NCBI GenBank assembly: GCA_964035545.1
Contig: OZ037767.1
Coordinates: 29,218,628-29,282,627 of the forward strand
Length of the DNA: 64,000 bases
Reading direction: 5' to 3'
Source of the DNA: Bugula neritina
Taxonomy: Eukaryota; Animalia; Bryozoa
Made by a program: the position numbers and the translations under genes. A model generated the notes under the pieces. It worked only from the letters and a program-made list of their open reading frames with translations, searched no databases and was not told the DNA's origin. This document shows positions 1-12,500 of the stretch, one piece after another. Position 1 is the stretch's first letter; each line of letters opens with the position of its first letter.

Positions 1-555
1 GAATTTAAAGAATTCTGTTTTCATTAGAAAGCTAGTTTTTTCAGGAAAATTACAGCAATACTCATATTTCATATGCATGAAAATGTTAGCTTTATTATTA
101 ATGCACTTCATTGTTATAACACAGCACAAATATTATTTCAGAATGTTATTTTAGATAATATTTCTGTAGAGGTCTCACTTTATACTGTCAAAGTTATTGT
201 CGAAGAAAAGTCTCTGCATTTCTAATACTTCTTTAAAATAAACTGCATGCTAAGTATACAGCCACTTGTTATGTGTGGTTGTAAGCTTTGGAGCACAGAC
301 ATTGCAATTTTCATGCTTCGGCTCACGAAAAGTTTGCTTCAAAGCAAAAAGCTTTGGAAATTCAAGCAGATACTATAGCCTACACATCACCAGTCTTCAA
401 CACATCTACACTGATTTCTAGAATGATTTAAATTGGAAAGGAGCAGCAGGCATGCTAGGGGAGCTGATTCAGCCTGAACTGCACCAGAGGTTGGCACTCT
501 TACCTGGATATGCCTTACAGTTAACAGATCTTAACGTCTCCATAAACAACTTACC

Positions 556-3500
556 TCACACTGGATCTAGGCTTTATACAGCACCGAAAAGTGCTTTGAG
601 AAAACCATTTAGATTTCTACATACATTGTCTTACTGCAGTTTTTCTATACATTATTCAAAATTGTATTTCCTATTAATTTTTATATCTTAATGTTATGAA
701 TACTTTCAAGTACTCACTTATAATTTAATGTACTGATAAATTTTGATTGACTAGAAATATTATATTGCCAAGAATGTAACACCAGTTAATGTTACCATCT
801 CTGCTATCATTATGTAATAAAATAGTATAATAGGTAAAACCTGGAGTAACAGCAAAAGTGACGGTCTGACTGGAAGAATTGAGGTAATTTTCTGCCCAAC
901 ATTCATAAGATCCTGCATCTGTGGTCTTCAAGTTGCTGATTGTATGGGTAAGGGTGATCACTTCATTGCCCCTACTAAACAATACACATAAGTTTAATCT
1001 CAGTCTACAATATGTTACACAGAGTGAGGCAACCATGGCTTAAAGGATGTACTTTAAAATTTAAACTGAAAACTCAAGCTAATTGTTTTTTGCTTATCTC
1101 AGAATTCAAATTATAATGGAATGTGTCTGTATTGACAGTCAAGTGTAAATCAAGTACAAATGGCCATCAACCAAGGTAAGTGTAGCATTATAATTTTCAA
1201 AGCCTGTACTCAGGTAAAAAGCTCTCACAAAATGGTCATACCCTTATATAGATAACTGTCTTAACTTTAAAGAAGAGTCAATGAGGATGTATTGTGGGTA
1301 AAGTTATAGTGGGCACAACATCCGGCACAAATAGATAATACAAAGTATGAATATACATTTCCCCATATGAAATTGTTAGTCAGGAGCTATTGAGTTAATG
1401 CTGAAACTGTCAAGAGACCAACTACCAACAGCTCAATAATATTGAGTTGATAAATTAATATGATAGAGTACATCACTAACCCGTCCGAAGAGCCCGTCTG
1501 CTGAGAAGCAAGTACAGCTCTGCTAGCCTTGTGTCTCCACACAACTCGGGTTATGTTAGGACGTCCCGTCACACTACAGGTCAGAGTAGCTTCATCTCCA
1601 ACTTTGAAGTTCTCAGCATTGATTGATACTTCGATGGAAGGAGGACCTGGAAATTTAAAGCCAGAATAACAGAGCTGTCATTCATTCTGCTTGGTGATAA
1701 CATTCTGAAAAGTTCTTGAACACTAATTACAGTTTTTAAAATTAATGGATACGTGCTTTACAGAATTAGTTATAGTAGATCTAACAGCCACTAACAAACT
1801 AGTATACAACGTCAAAAGTATTAGCATAGACTGAGAGTCTACAATCTCCAAGGACAGTGTTGATGGGCACATATACGTACAGACTACAAACACTCTGATG
1901 AAGGTGCTAGTGGTGCTGTGGGCAGTGGTGGCATCACATGTGTATACCCCTTCGTCATCTTGATTTACCCCAGGGATACTCAGGTGCTCCCCGTACACCG
2001 TCATCTTATTATGTAATACTTCATTGTCCTGAAACTTCCATGTTACACTCGTCATTGGTCCTCCTTCAACCAATCAAATTTGAGCTTTATAGCCATGGAA
2101 CAAGTTAGCAACTAACTATCTAATAGGCAACTGTAATATTTAGTTATAAATTCAGGCAAAAAGGTTGATGAGTTACTTAACTGGTTCGTGTAACAATACT
2201 TAAATACAATTTTAACTCAACAGGCAATAATTATTATAGAAATATAATTCTTTATGTAGATGATGTGAATATTAAAAGATAAATATATATATCTAATATT
2301 TAAAGAGTTGGTGAAACCCAGTTAAAGACAATTGCATACACAATAACTGAAAATAAAGGTTTATCAAATGTGTGATAGGACAAAGCAGTTGCAACGTACC
2401 ATCTCTGTTATAGCAGTAGAGAGTCACATCATGGCCGCAAGTGACGTTTACTTCCTTCGGAACTAAAAGTTGCATTATCATTGATATCTAAGTTATAAAG
2501 CAAACACAATAAGCATAAAAATATATATGTATTATTAAAAGTTAAAACTAGAGGTCATGGTGTTATTGCAGTAAGCATTTATTAATGATCTTAATTAGCA
2601 GCAATCCTAAATTGCTAATTTAAACATTAATATTATCTAATTTCTATAATAAGTAATTATTGGTGTTAGAAAGCATAGTACTAATAAGATAGAGAGAATG
2701 TTGCATTCACTAAAACAAGTTGCAATAAAATAAAATGCTGATAACTTGAAGTCAAATGCTTAATATAAATAAAGTTTTCTAAGTCTAAATGCACCAAATA
2801 AAAGTTGCAACTCAAATCTAAACATAACTAATAAATAAGCAACAGAAGACAACATAACTGTTAGACAGAAAATTAAAGTTGTTTGAATTTATTAATTTTG
2901 TCCATTTATCAATGTTTCTTCTAAGACTTGTAATGTTTGATTACAATAATATATTATATTAATTATATAGAATGTGTTGTCAAGTTTTCATCTCTCCAAG
3001 GGTGTATGTAGCAAAACAAATTACAGTAGCTATAACCTCCAGCTTCTATACACACTTTGTAGAAATATCTTTCCTATATAATACAAGTACTCTGCAAAAA
3101 GCTATCCCTTATAAGCTAATGACTATATCACGGGTGTGTAACAGGTAGTGCCAAACTAAACTGAACTTTTGATATCATAGAAATACACTAAAAATATTGT
3201 AACTTAGATATCCACCTAAAAAGCTAAAGAATGATAAATTAATTATACTCTAATTACTAACCTTCATTGAGGATTCTCCAGTTACAAGAAAAGGAAACAG
3301 TTTAATAAGTAGTTTAAAAGTTTTCTTTGCACAACTCGCAGTGAAATTTAGTTTTAGTTTATACTAACCAGTGGAGAGCACAATTCTCCAAGAGCATAAT
3401 TTTTTACACTTAATAAAATGTAGCCTACTCATACACATAGAACTACTTTTACCCGTTTGAAGTTACTTTTATAACTAGCTAGACGTTAAATTGCATCCGA

Positions 3501-6500
3501 AAATAATAACTGCTATGCTAATGCATTGCACAGTTCTCTGTAATTATTATAACTGTTTTCAGTAATTTTTATCTTTTGATTCAAACATGAAGAAAACCAA
3601 TACAAACTATTAAAAATAAGTGTAGTGTCCAATGGACATGAGTAAGACAATTTCTGAGAAATTAATAATAAATTTCACCTACCTGTTTTTTAACGGCAGT
3701 GTGTTACTTAAATATTTGAAAAATTCAAAAATGCAGGAGTTATAAAAACAGTATATGCTAGGATAAACTTTAAAACTTCAAGCAAAGCACAAAAGCTGAT
3801 GTTAGCAGCAATTAGTAAGCAAGCATATATGATGCTGTGTGCCACTGCAACACCATACTTGTGTTCGTGATGTGCCAATACAATACTTGCGTAATGTGAG
3901 ATTTAGTACATAGCAAAGCAAGCCAGACTATCATGTTTACATACTACTAATGAGTGCAGAAGAATATTTAAGTGCTACACCATACTTACTGTCTGGAAAA
4001 TAAAAAAGAATAGTTTGTATAATACTTATAAGCAATATAATAGCATAAAACTAAAACTGAGATTCCTGAAAAAATAATTAGTTACTAATAATAAGTCAAC
4101 ATTATATTTTAAAAAGAATGATTTAAAGTGACAGTGAAATTATGATTTAAAGATGCACCGTGACAATTTGCTAGATATATCAGGCTTTAAAATTTAATTT
4201 TGTAAAAATTGTGTTATTGCATAATTTTTTTCATAAGGCTTGTCGATTATTTGTTTATAATTTGTCTATCTAATAAGTCTTTAGAATAAAAGTCTTTTAC
4301 TTTGTAAATAAAATATTCTCCTGGGTTATAACTATAGATACATGTATGTACATTTCTCCTTAAAAAAGGCAACTCCACAAAAAGAAACTGGAGAAATATA
4401 ATTAACTCGTCTTTTGTTAAACACTGGACTGATACAGTGTCTTTAAACTTTTTTCAAGAAATATGCTAAAGTTTCTTCTTTTATTAGATAACAGCTGTAA
4501 AACATTTTCAACACATTTTCAACTTCAATCATCAGCATAGCCTTAGAAAGTTATGAACAACAACGAGTCACCTATTGAATATTTTTCAAATTTTTCAACT
4601 TTTTGTTTAATAGTTAATGTCATCATCTACTAGTTAAACCATGCAAAGTTATTAAGACATACAAATTAAACAAAAACCGTTCAGCATATCTTCCTTGCAT
4701 ATAAAAAAGATCTATTAAAGAATATGTTAAACTTATTAACTTAATTGGAGGATAATAAATAAGGTGAAGGTCAACGTGAACAGCGAAATTAAAGAACTCA
4801 CCAACAACAGTAACTCTAGTGATGTCATTGTCAAGTACATTAGGTACTCGGCAAATGTATCGGCCATCATCGTTCCTGTTCACATTTCTAATGATAAGCG
4901 TATCTCCTTCGATTACATCTTTTCTTACCTAGTCAGGTGTAAAATAGGCTCAAATTAGGCCTTTATTATAACAAAAGGATTTAAATGTGTCCAAAAGAGT
5001 TATTACGCAATATTTTTATTAAATTTCCAGTAATCTTTTTTTTATTTCAAGTTTGAAAATTGCTCAAAACATATCAGTTTGAAGAAGAAATAATTTTAAG
5101 CCCATCAGTTTTACAAAATAAAATATGCAAAGTCTGTAATACAGTAATAGAAAAACATTCTGAAAGTTGGGTATAGGATTTGATGAATTGCTTATGACAC
5201 ACCTCAACGTTGTAGCCAAGTGGCTTCTGATCCAGTCTATTGATACTGAGTGAGCTGGGGGTCATACCGGACACCCTACATTTCAAAGTTACTGTTCCAC
5301 CTTCTTTGACCGACGATGGCTCAGCTGTCAGCCTGACTACGACCGAGTCTGCAATGTGTTGATACAATCATGCTGAGTTATGATTGGCTGTTGCTAAATA
5401 TGTCATCATGTACCTATTTCTGATTGGCTACTGATGAATATATCATGAAATAAATGCTAATTTGCCTTGAAATATGTAGCATGCTGCATCAATTACTATT
5501 TCAGCATGAAAAGGACAAATCTACTTTGTTACTTGAGTTAGTTTAAAATTGATCAACATCAATGGGTAACGTTAAGAACTTCATAAAGATTTTTATATTA
5601 AAACTTTATTCTGAGAACAGAAGCTAAAGGTTAGCCTTGGTTCTTTTTAAACTACCAGAACGATATACAAGTATGCATGTTTATCACATGATTTTGTGGG
5701 GTGAATAAAAATAGGGAAATGGTTTGAATAAAATAAGATACCAGGCACTGGTGGTGGGGGCATATCTACAATAAAACAAGGCTACAAGGTTTTACACAGT
5801 GTTGACTATAATTTAATACTCTCTACAGCTTGAAATAGACGCAGCTGCATTATACACTGCTCTACAGAATTTATCTTTTATACAAAGAGAAAGGTAATAC
5901 AAAGAGTGATAATGTAATTAGTTAGTTTCATTTACAGTTGGGCTATAAACCAGGTTTCATCAACACTATAATTGAGGAAAACTCTATTGATGAGAGTTTG
6001 GAGTTATCATATATTAGTTTAAGTTACCGATGATGTAGATGTTTCCAGTAGCTGTATCCCTAGACCCAACTTCATCTGTGGCTGTACAAGTGTATAGCTT
6101 TTCATGATCAGCCTTGTTAGCATTGTTGATGGTCATCACTCCACCCGACACTGTCATGTAAGGCACCTAGACAGAACACAGGCTAAACTCTGACTCGATT
6201 ATCGAACACAACTTCGCAGAAGCTTGCATTTACCAATATTTCATAATCCAAGTATTGTTATGTTTCACACTGACACTTACGATATGCTCATTTAAATACA
6301 ATTTTACTATCTCACAGTATTTTACTGTACGACATGTAAAAACTACTAGCAACTTACAGAGGGTGTCCAGGTGTAGGTGACACGTCCTTGAGCTCTTGCC
6401 ACTGCGCACGTAAGACTGGCTGATTTCCCGTTCTCCACACGAGCTACTAGAGGGTTCACCGTCACTCTCATATTGACTACAATTATTGTTGAACAATTCT

Positions 6501-9500
6501 AACATAGGCTACCCAATTCTGTATAACATTTACCAACAGAATGTGAAAGTCACATGTTGAACAAAATGATTTTGGAAGAAGCTATAACTGATGACACTCA
6601 TCCACGTTAATAACTTCTTCCAAAGAATTTAGTTAGAAAAATATACATACAATCAATGTATACTAATTCATTATAATTGGCTATCTTCGCGCAATTAGCA
6701 TAAAAAGAGTTAAATTAAAGTGAAATCAACGCAGTTATATAAATGAGTGGTCACTGCTGATAGCAACTAATATAAATTAAAAAGCAAATTTCTACAATGA
6801 CATCTAATCTAAGACACACCACTCACAGCCTTGCAAATATTTTGATCCAAAACTGCTGTAAATAAGACCTGCAGCTGTAATGATACATTGGGGTGACAAC
6901 TCCGTAGCAGCATAGACTGACCTGGTAGGCAGGTTCTACCATCACTCTGCAGCGCTCGGTCAGGGTGGCATGCACACCTGTAGCCATGCGTCCCAACATT
7001 TTCACACAGTTCTGGGCAAGGCTTGAATTTTTCACACACGGGCAGGTCTAAAAGCAACTACTCTTACGTATCTCTTGTTGCACTAATACTAAGTAGAGCA
7101 TTGGTTAAATACAAGTACTAACATAACATTGAACACTCAATGGCAAGCCAAACAAACGACCTAGCTTAGTATGCTATCTAAATGTGAGATAAACTAAATG
7201 CACTGCCAAGCAGAATTGTACAAAACTTTAAAGCAAATGAAAAAATATCTAGCTATTCAGCTTTTTGGTTGCATGCAGGAGAAGCAGGGTAGTTTGTAAA
7301 AGGAACATTTTAGTTTTATTTAGTCGGGCAGCAGTTTTCGTCTGTAAAACTTTTCAGTTTCTAAATCTGTTAACAAAATAACATAGAGCTACTAAAACAC
7401 AAAAAGCACATTATTGCGTTTCAATGCAATCAAATAAAGTCACCTGTAACACAAGTCTTCTTGTCTCTCCCCAGAATTTGTCCAGCGGGGCATTGGCAGA
7501 CATACCCATTAGGGTACCTCTTGTTTAACACGCACTTATAAGAGCATGGTTTATATCTGGTGCAATAATCTGCAAAAAATAGCGGGTGAGAAAAATAGTT
7601 AAAGGCATAGGCCAACTATGAGTGTACAGGTGAATAAACAAGTAAGTGAAGGAGTAAGCAGGTGAGTAGACAGGTGAGTGTACAGGTGTGTCTGTTGTTC
7701 ATTTAATTGTTGAAAAGGCTGCAGGAAAAACTGTGGCATATAACACATATTTTCTGGTCAAAGTAATTATTAAAATAAAATAATAAGATTACACATTTTC
7801 TGAATCTGCTGGTATAAGCAGGTAAAAAGATGTATTCAGAGTGATACAGCATGCAGTAGAGAATAGCTAGTATCTTTAAGCATTGTTGGGGTAGTGTAAA
7901 CTTTACCTGGTATACATATCCGGGGGTTTTCTGGATCACGAATGGTTCCAGCTGAACAAACTAAAAATTCAAACAAATTATTAACCATCCCTAAACCTAA
8001 GTTTAGTTATTCTAAACTGGTAATAAATTCAATACATTGCAACCCAATATAATGCTAATGCTAAAGTTATGTTGCACGACTTGCTCACAAATAACCTTGC
8101 TATACATATTACCAAATTCCAAAATCAATGCTATATAAAGTAGTATCAGGGCTAAAGAACATATCAGTGTATAATTTCCAAGGCAAGAACTCATCAAAAT
8201 TGTTAAATAATAAAAAAACTTATAATAAAGCATTAATGTTTCAACAGCAATTGATAAAAAATATATTTATGCTATGTTTCACGTATACACAAAAATATAT
8301 ACACAATATATTCTTTGGTAAAAACTTACTTGCCACACATGTTTGATCAGCAGGATTTAGCTGTGTACCAGATGGACAGTCTATTGGGAAATATGAAACA
8401 TTAATAAGTATTTAAGATACATTTTTCATTAAAACAAAATATACTTGACAATCTATAAATAGCAACAATTAACAGGAAAGATGAGACAACTCAGCAGTTA
8501 TATGCAAAAATGAATGTTTCTAAAACATTTAAATTATTTGTATAGTATTTTGTGCTTAGACTTGACATTTCAAGAATAGTTCTAAGACTGGCAGTGTTGA
8601 ATTTTTGTTTAACTGAGCCAGCCACAAATAGCAATAATTTTTAGCTTCATTTAGTTAAAAAATATTTCGTGGTTGCAATTTAAGCAAAGATTATTTTATG
8701 AGAAAAGTTGATTATATTTTTGTCCGTTACTTTATATTAACGATTATTAAATAACTTTTTTAGATAGCATATATGCATGCGTATGTCAGTTCACAGAGTT
8801 ATTATATCTTTAAAGCTGCTTAAATCATTCCTCACTATAATATTTATCATGCCTTATATGACTCATGTTATGTACAAATATACATTAACTGAGTCATGTA
8901 TTCATACTTGAACAGAATATTTCAACAAAAACTCTGCCTAATTACGCTAACTAATATTTACTATGAATAATAATCTCTATGAACCAAAAACAAGTTTGCA
9001 TAAATATTTATCTTTTCCAATAGCATTTAGAATGTCAACCATCTCTGTTGCAATATTTGTGACAAACCTGGAATACAGCTTCTTCTATCAGATGCAAGTT
9101 TTTGTCCAGAAGGGCAGGAACATATGAACCTGCTTCCTCCACTAGTGTCTCGGCAGAAATGTGAGCAGGGCTTGTGGGTGTCACAGACACTTGCTGTTAA
9201 CAAAACATAGATACGTTTTAAAGGACCAACACATGATCTGTAGATATGTATGGTACTATAGTAAATGTGTTTCCATATTGATCAACAAAATATAGACTAA
9301 GGTGAACTAGCAGCGAATACCAACCAGTGCAGGTTCTATCATTTGGCTCCAATATCATATTTGAAGGGCATCTGCATATATAGCCATCATTTCTTGTATT
9401 AGCACAAAAGTGAGAACACGGTTTAAGTCTCTCGCATGCACCAACTATACACATGAAAAACATAGGTATAAAAGTAAGAGATGACAATTACCTGTCTCAC

Positions 9501-12500
9501 ATGTTGTTCTATCGCTTTTTAATTTCATATTAGGCGGGCATGAGCATGTGTAGCCTCTAGGGTCTTTAGAATCCACAGTGCAATTGTATGAGCATGGTCT
9601 ATCTCTCTCACAAATGTTAACTACATAGCAGAAAGCATTATTGTGCAGTTACTACATAGCAGTGTAGCCCACCAAGAGAGCACAACTCTTTTGTAATATT
9701 ATTTGGTTTCAGCAACTAATGAAAAGCCCTGGTTTACAGGCTAACAAAGCTAGCATAGCGTTGCCTTAGTCTATCTGCAGATGCTATACAACATATGGCA
9801 AGCATTAGAATGTTGAATTTACTCAAATTAAGCAGCTTGCAATTTACATCAACAAATAACAATATTATTTGCTGAAGACAAACTATAAACATTGAAGTTA
9901 AAAAACACTGTGGTTCTTTCACAATTTTTAGAACATTTGTCACACATGCATGATTTAGCTTAGAAATCAGCGGTACAAATTGTACTCTGCTATGATTCAA
10001 TAGATGATACTCAACAATCCAAATTTATTTGTTTTGAAAGCATTACATGACAGCACGCAGCAGTACACGGCAGCACATGGTTACTTACGTCTACCAATAA
10101 CTGTGAGGTAAACTGACTTTGTCACTGTTATTCCAAACACGTTACTCGCAGAGCACACGTACATTCCTGAATTTGATACCCTGCAACAGACAAGACAAAA
10201 CTGCTACAACTTATAGGTTTACTGTTTTGTTTGAAAAAAGATAAAAAATGCAGTTAGTTGCTATATTATATGATTATTAGAACCAGTTATCTTAGTATTT
10301 CGTATATGCAGAGTAGTCAGTTTGGCAGAAAGCATACAACTTCTCATGCTACAAATGCTTACAATTATTTAAACTGTTTAAACCAAAAAGAAATATGCAT
10401 TTGCAAAATGGTACACTGAAGTCAACTTCTGTATATGATACAATAAATTGAAAACTAGAAAAATTGTGAAGTTTAATAGTTCGTATTTTGTTTTGGCATT
10501 TTTGGATTTTTATAATCTATATAACACAGTATGTGAAACAAAATCCAGTGTCATTTGCTGGGGTCAATTTTTGTCTCAAAAAAGTAATTCAAAACTTTTA
10601 TTGAGCTATAAAAGTAATTGAAGAAAAAAACTTAAATATCATTATTTATAATATTTATAATATTTATAATATATATAATATATAGAATACAGGAGCTAGA
10701 ATATAGAACAGCCGATAATTTTAAACTTATGCCAACACTTGCACTTTTTCAGAAAGATGATTATGAGCTATAATGATGAAATGCTGAGCACATAACTCAT
10801 AAAGACTATAATATATAATTTTGCACAAATCGAGTTCATGGTAACTTATGTACAAGAGAGAGTTTTGTTGCGATATAAAACTGGAATTCTGGAATACATT
10901 CAGATGATTTCTTACCGAGTAGAAGTAAACGTAAGAACGCCCCGTCTGTCCGTAGCAACCCTCCGGCCACTGCTGTCCTGCCATTCGACACCCGTTATGA
11001 GGTCACCACTAGCTTGACACTGGAAGTTCACCGTCTCTCCCTCGTTCACAGTCTTGTTCGTTGGATACACTCTGACGTATGGCGAGTCAACTACAAATAT
11101 ATTCAATACATATTGCAAAAAAATGAATCTTCAAGAAAAAATAGTAGCATTTTATGTACATACTTATCTAGCAGTTGTCTATACTTGTATAATTTGTATT
11201 TATTTGCTACTCCATTTGTTATTTTTCTGGTATTTTATGCAGTAAATACAAAAAATATGTCTTAAACAATATTTTTGTTACAAATACAGAATTTTAAATT
11301 GAGTTATGAAATATATAAATGCTAAATAAAAGTAAAAGTTCTGTAATACAAATGCAGACACGGAATTATAACTTCCAAAAACTAAGAGTTGCTGGTATTT
11401 AATTGCGGCTTGTACAAGCTGAAGTTAACTAAAGACATCCGTAATTGTTTAAAACTCTCTATACTCTATTATATATCAAACAGACAGGCTTCCACTTAAT
11501 CATTGCTATTTGAGTTCATCCTTCATGTTATTAGGTGAGGAAAAATGAAAGAAATATTGTTGTAATTATGGTAATGACAGCCAGACAATGACAATGTACT
11601 AGTTGAATATAAGCCGTTAAGTTAAGCATACAGTTTAGTTGTAACTTTATTAGTATGTGATCTAAAGTTGGGGACATGTGAAATGCAACCATAAAAAATT
11701 CACCTAAAGAACTTGAAGAAAAAGCTAAAAAGTAGCAATACTTCATTGAGCTTATCCATAAAGCTATTATGACAGCTATCAAAGTCGATATTCCAAATTT
11801 TTTATTTAATTTTGATTTTCAAAAAAGCAAGAATTTCTTGAGAAAATATATTTCTATTAGTCCAAATAGTGTTTCATTTTTGGTTGCTTTAACAAACCTG
11901 CAGTTTTTAAAACACCCTCAACATAAAACCACATTTTTCTCTGCAAAATGTATAAATAAAAGAAAAAGTTGCAAAAAGTTTCACCAGACAAAAGTGTTTA
12001 CCCAAATAAAGGTGATGCTTGCCCAATTTATCTTATTTTTACATTTCCTTATAATCTTTCTTGCTGGGAATATTCAATGGTGCAAGTTTTATCCAGTACA
12101 TTTGAGCCGGAATGCTATGTTCATAGTTATCATAGAAATCATTTTGTTGGGCCACCTATACGCCAGTTAGAAAGCTTTGACTATACAGTTGGAATATATA
12201 GTGCATATTCCAGTAATGAACTTGACTCATAACTGTTAATTACTAATTAGTTCAACTAATTAGTAGCAACAGTTAGATAAGTTCTACCCAATCAATTCTT
12301 CCTCCATCCAATAATGTAGCCTAAAATACTATTTAATACCCAAACTAGCTATTTATGCTGTTGAAGAGAAAGAAAATGTCAGACTGTTGCCATTGTTTCA
12401 CAAACTAATTAAATAGGCTCTACTGGAAGCCCAGCACAAAGCTGGCAGCTTCAGTGTGAACAACAAATACATATTTACAGACGCAAGCCTGTAAGATTTG

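Noticed and set aside
4147-4446. Possible TTAA-flanked MITE (TTAAAGATGCAC...GTGTCTTTAA)
   Set aside because: The terminal inverted match is too short and imperfect to separate from chance in AT-rich DNA.
7068-7082. Apparent 15-nt micro-exon (AG|TGCAACAAGAGATAC|GTAAG) on the minus strand
   Set aside because: It would leave only a 20-nt intron to the acceptor at 7048, too short to splice; it could only be mutually exclusive, and nothing supports that.
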